Shown here in pieces: positions 23,633-24,384 of a stretch of 24,384 nt of DNA. The stretch is taken from the IMG/VR virus record IMGVR_UViG_3300027814_000009, positions 1 through 24,384 of that record; one strand, 5' to 3'. Position 1 is the first letter of the stretch; each line of letters begins with the position of its first letter. The notes under the pieces were generated by a model. That model saw only the letters and a list, made by a program, of their open reading frames with translations, had not been told where the DNA came from and did not search any database. The stretch is from a virus (Duplodnaviria; Caudoviricetes). The translations under genes were made by a program, and so were the position numbers.

Positions 23633-23897
23633 CTTGCATCTCCTTGTGTCGTTCAATTACACCGAACCAGAAGTCCACCTGTTCGGGGAACATCTGGTCG
23701 GAGTACGGGAAATCTCCCTCTCGTTTAGCTGCTTCGATGGCTGTCTCGAAGGTGTTCTCCTCATCGGTTTTGTACATCTCGACAGGGACTACCCACCACC
23801 ACTCGTTCCTAAAGATTTCACGACTGTACTGCCAATCGAACGTGACTTGGAACCTGCCACATTGGATTGTCTTTCGTGTGCCTGTTGGTAGTTTCAT
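23625..23897 (-). CDS. Hypothetical protein
   Basis: MKLPTG start by ATGA overlap with AAGGAG RBS. Confidence 0.7.
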   Translation of the reverse strand: MKLPTGTRKTIQCGRFQVTFDWQYSREIFRNEWWWVVPVEMYKTDEENTFETAIEAAKREGDFPYSDQMFPEQVDFWFGVIERHKEMQDA

Positions 23898-24115
23898 TTG
23901 TTCTTCTCCTTTAGCTTGGCTTCGATAGCTTCGTAAAGCACTTCCGCATTTTCCATGCCACCGAGACACCAATCGTTCCCGCTCACGCTGAGATAAACAT
24001 CCACGAGTTCATCATACGTCAGCCCCCGCCATTCGCGCTTTGCTGGAACAAAATTCTCCCGCTCACAGCCTGACTTTCTACAAAAACCACCACAGCTTGA
24101 GCATTGTCTATCCAT
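23894..24115 (-). CDS. Small phage protein with Cys-rich N-terminus and REW.GLT..E...IEAKLKEKN module
   Basis: CSSCGGFC....C; C-terminal module common in betaproteobacterial phage early regions. Confidence 0.75.
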   Translation of the reverse strand: MDRQCSSCGGFCRKSGCERENFVPAKREWRGLTYDELVDVYLSVSGNDWCLGGMENAEVLYEAIEAKLKEKNK

Positions 24116-24130
24116 TGTTCTTCTCCTTTA
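23898..24130. repeat. 16-bp direct repeat at consecutive gene junctions (23898-23913, 24115-24130)
   Basis: TTGTTCTTCTCCTTTA exact twice; reads TAAAGGAGAAGAACAA on the coding strand (RBS, and codons of LKEKN). Confidence 0.8.
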
Positions 24131-24384
24131 ATGAGTAATTACAAGCTTCAGACACTTGTTCGTACACGCCCCATGCTTTCAGCGCATCAATACCAATAAG
24201 CGCGTATCCTTCTGGTACTTTGTACTGTGGTGGGGCGGTGTAGAGTGGTGTCACGTTCCGCACCATCTCGTCCATGTACGGTTTTGATTGTGAAAAGACG
24301 TTGAAAGTCCACTGTCTACCGCGCAAATCGTTTTCACGGTACTTAGCTTGGTCAAACCGCCACGCCACCGGCTCCGGTTCAGGT
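24108..24384 (-). CDS. Partial EPVAW...PLYTAPP-type phage early protein (start outside window)
   Basis: Frame open to the window edge (PEPEPVAWRF...PLYTAPPQ...LKEKNNG). Confidence 0.7.
   Translation of the reverse strand, partial: PEPEPVAWRFDQAKYRENDLRGRQWTFNVFSQSKPYMDEMVRNVTPLYTAPPQYKVPEGYALIGIDALKAWGVYEQVSEACNYSLKEKNNG

Noticed and set aside
1-24384. Stop-codon reassignment, tRNA genes, CRISPR arrays, introns/inteins
   Set aside because: Genes tile tightly in the standard code using all three stops; I saw no cloverleaf, repeat-spacer array or interrupted conserved gene

Overview
Gene-dense segment of a tailed dsDNA bacteriophage in the standard genetic code, with many ATGA/TAATG-coupled genes. 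The small-protein motifs suggest a podovirus-like phage of a betaproteobacterial host, but this is inference. There are four transcription blocks. (1) + strand: the 3' part of a giant polyvalent/internal virion protein with a zincin HExxxH motif and an LPD38-like C-terminus (1-5358). (2) - strand recombination operon (10162->5323): ERF annealase, small SSB-like protein, Gp49/66 protein, Cas4-like exonuclease, HTH, NrdR-like Zn ribbon and DUF3310. (3) + strand replication operon (10671-15809): T7 gp4/Twinkle-type primase-helicase, DUF1364-like nuclease, Holliday-junction resolvase and LMW phosphatase, with a clean sigma70 promoter and an intrinsic terminator. (4) - strand early/accessory operon (24384->15892): many small genes, a cluster of disulfide-type exported proteins and membrane microproteins, and an amidoligase plus class II glutamine amidotransferase pair. 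The most notable leads are a promoter- and hairpin-bounded candidate sRNA plus a Fur-box-like palindrome in the divergent control region, a ~170-nt structured RNA inside the recombination operon, inverted repeats bracketing the amidoligase gene, and a possible envelope-remodelling module. All family calls come from motif recognition by eye; no searches were run.
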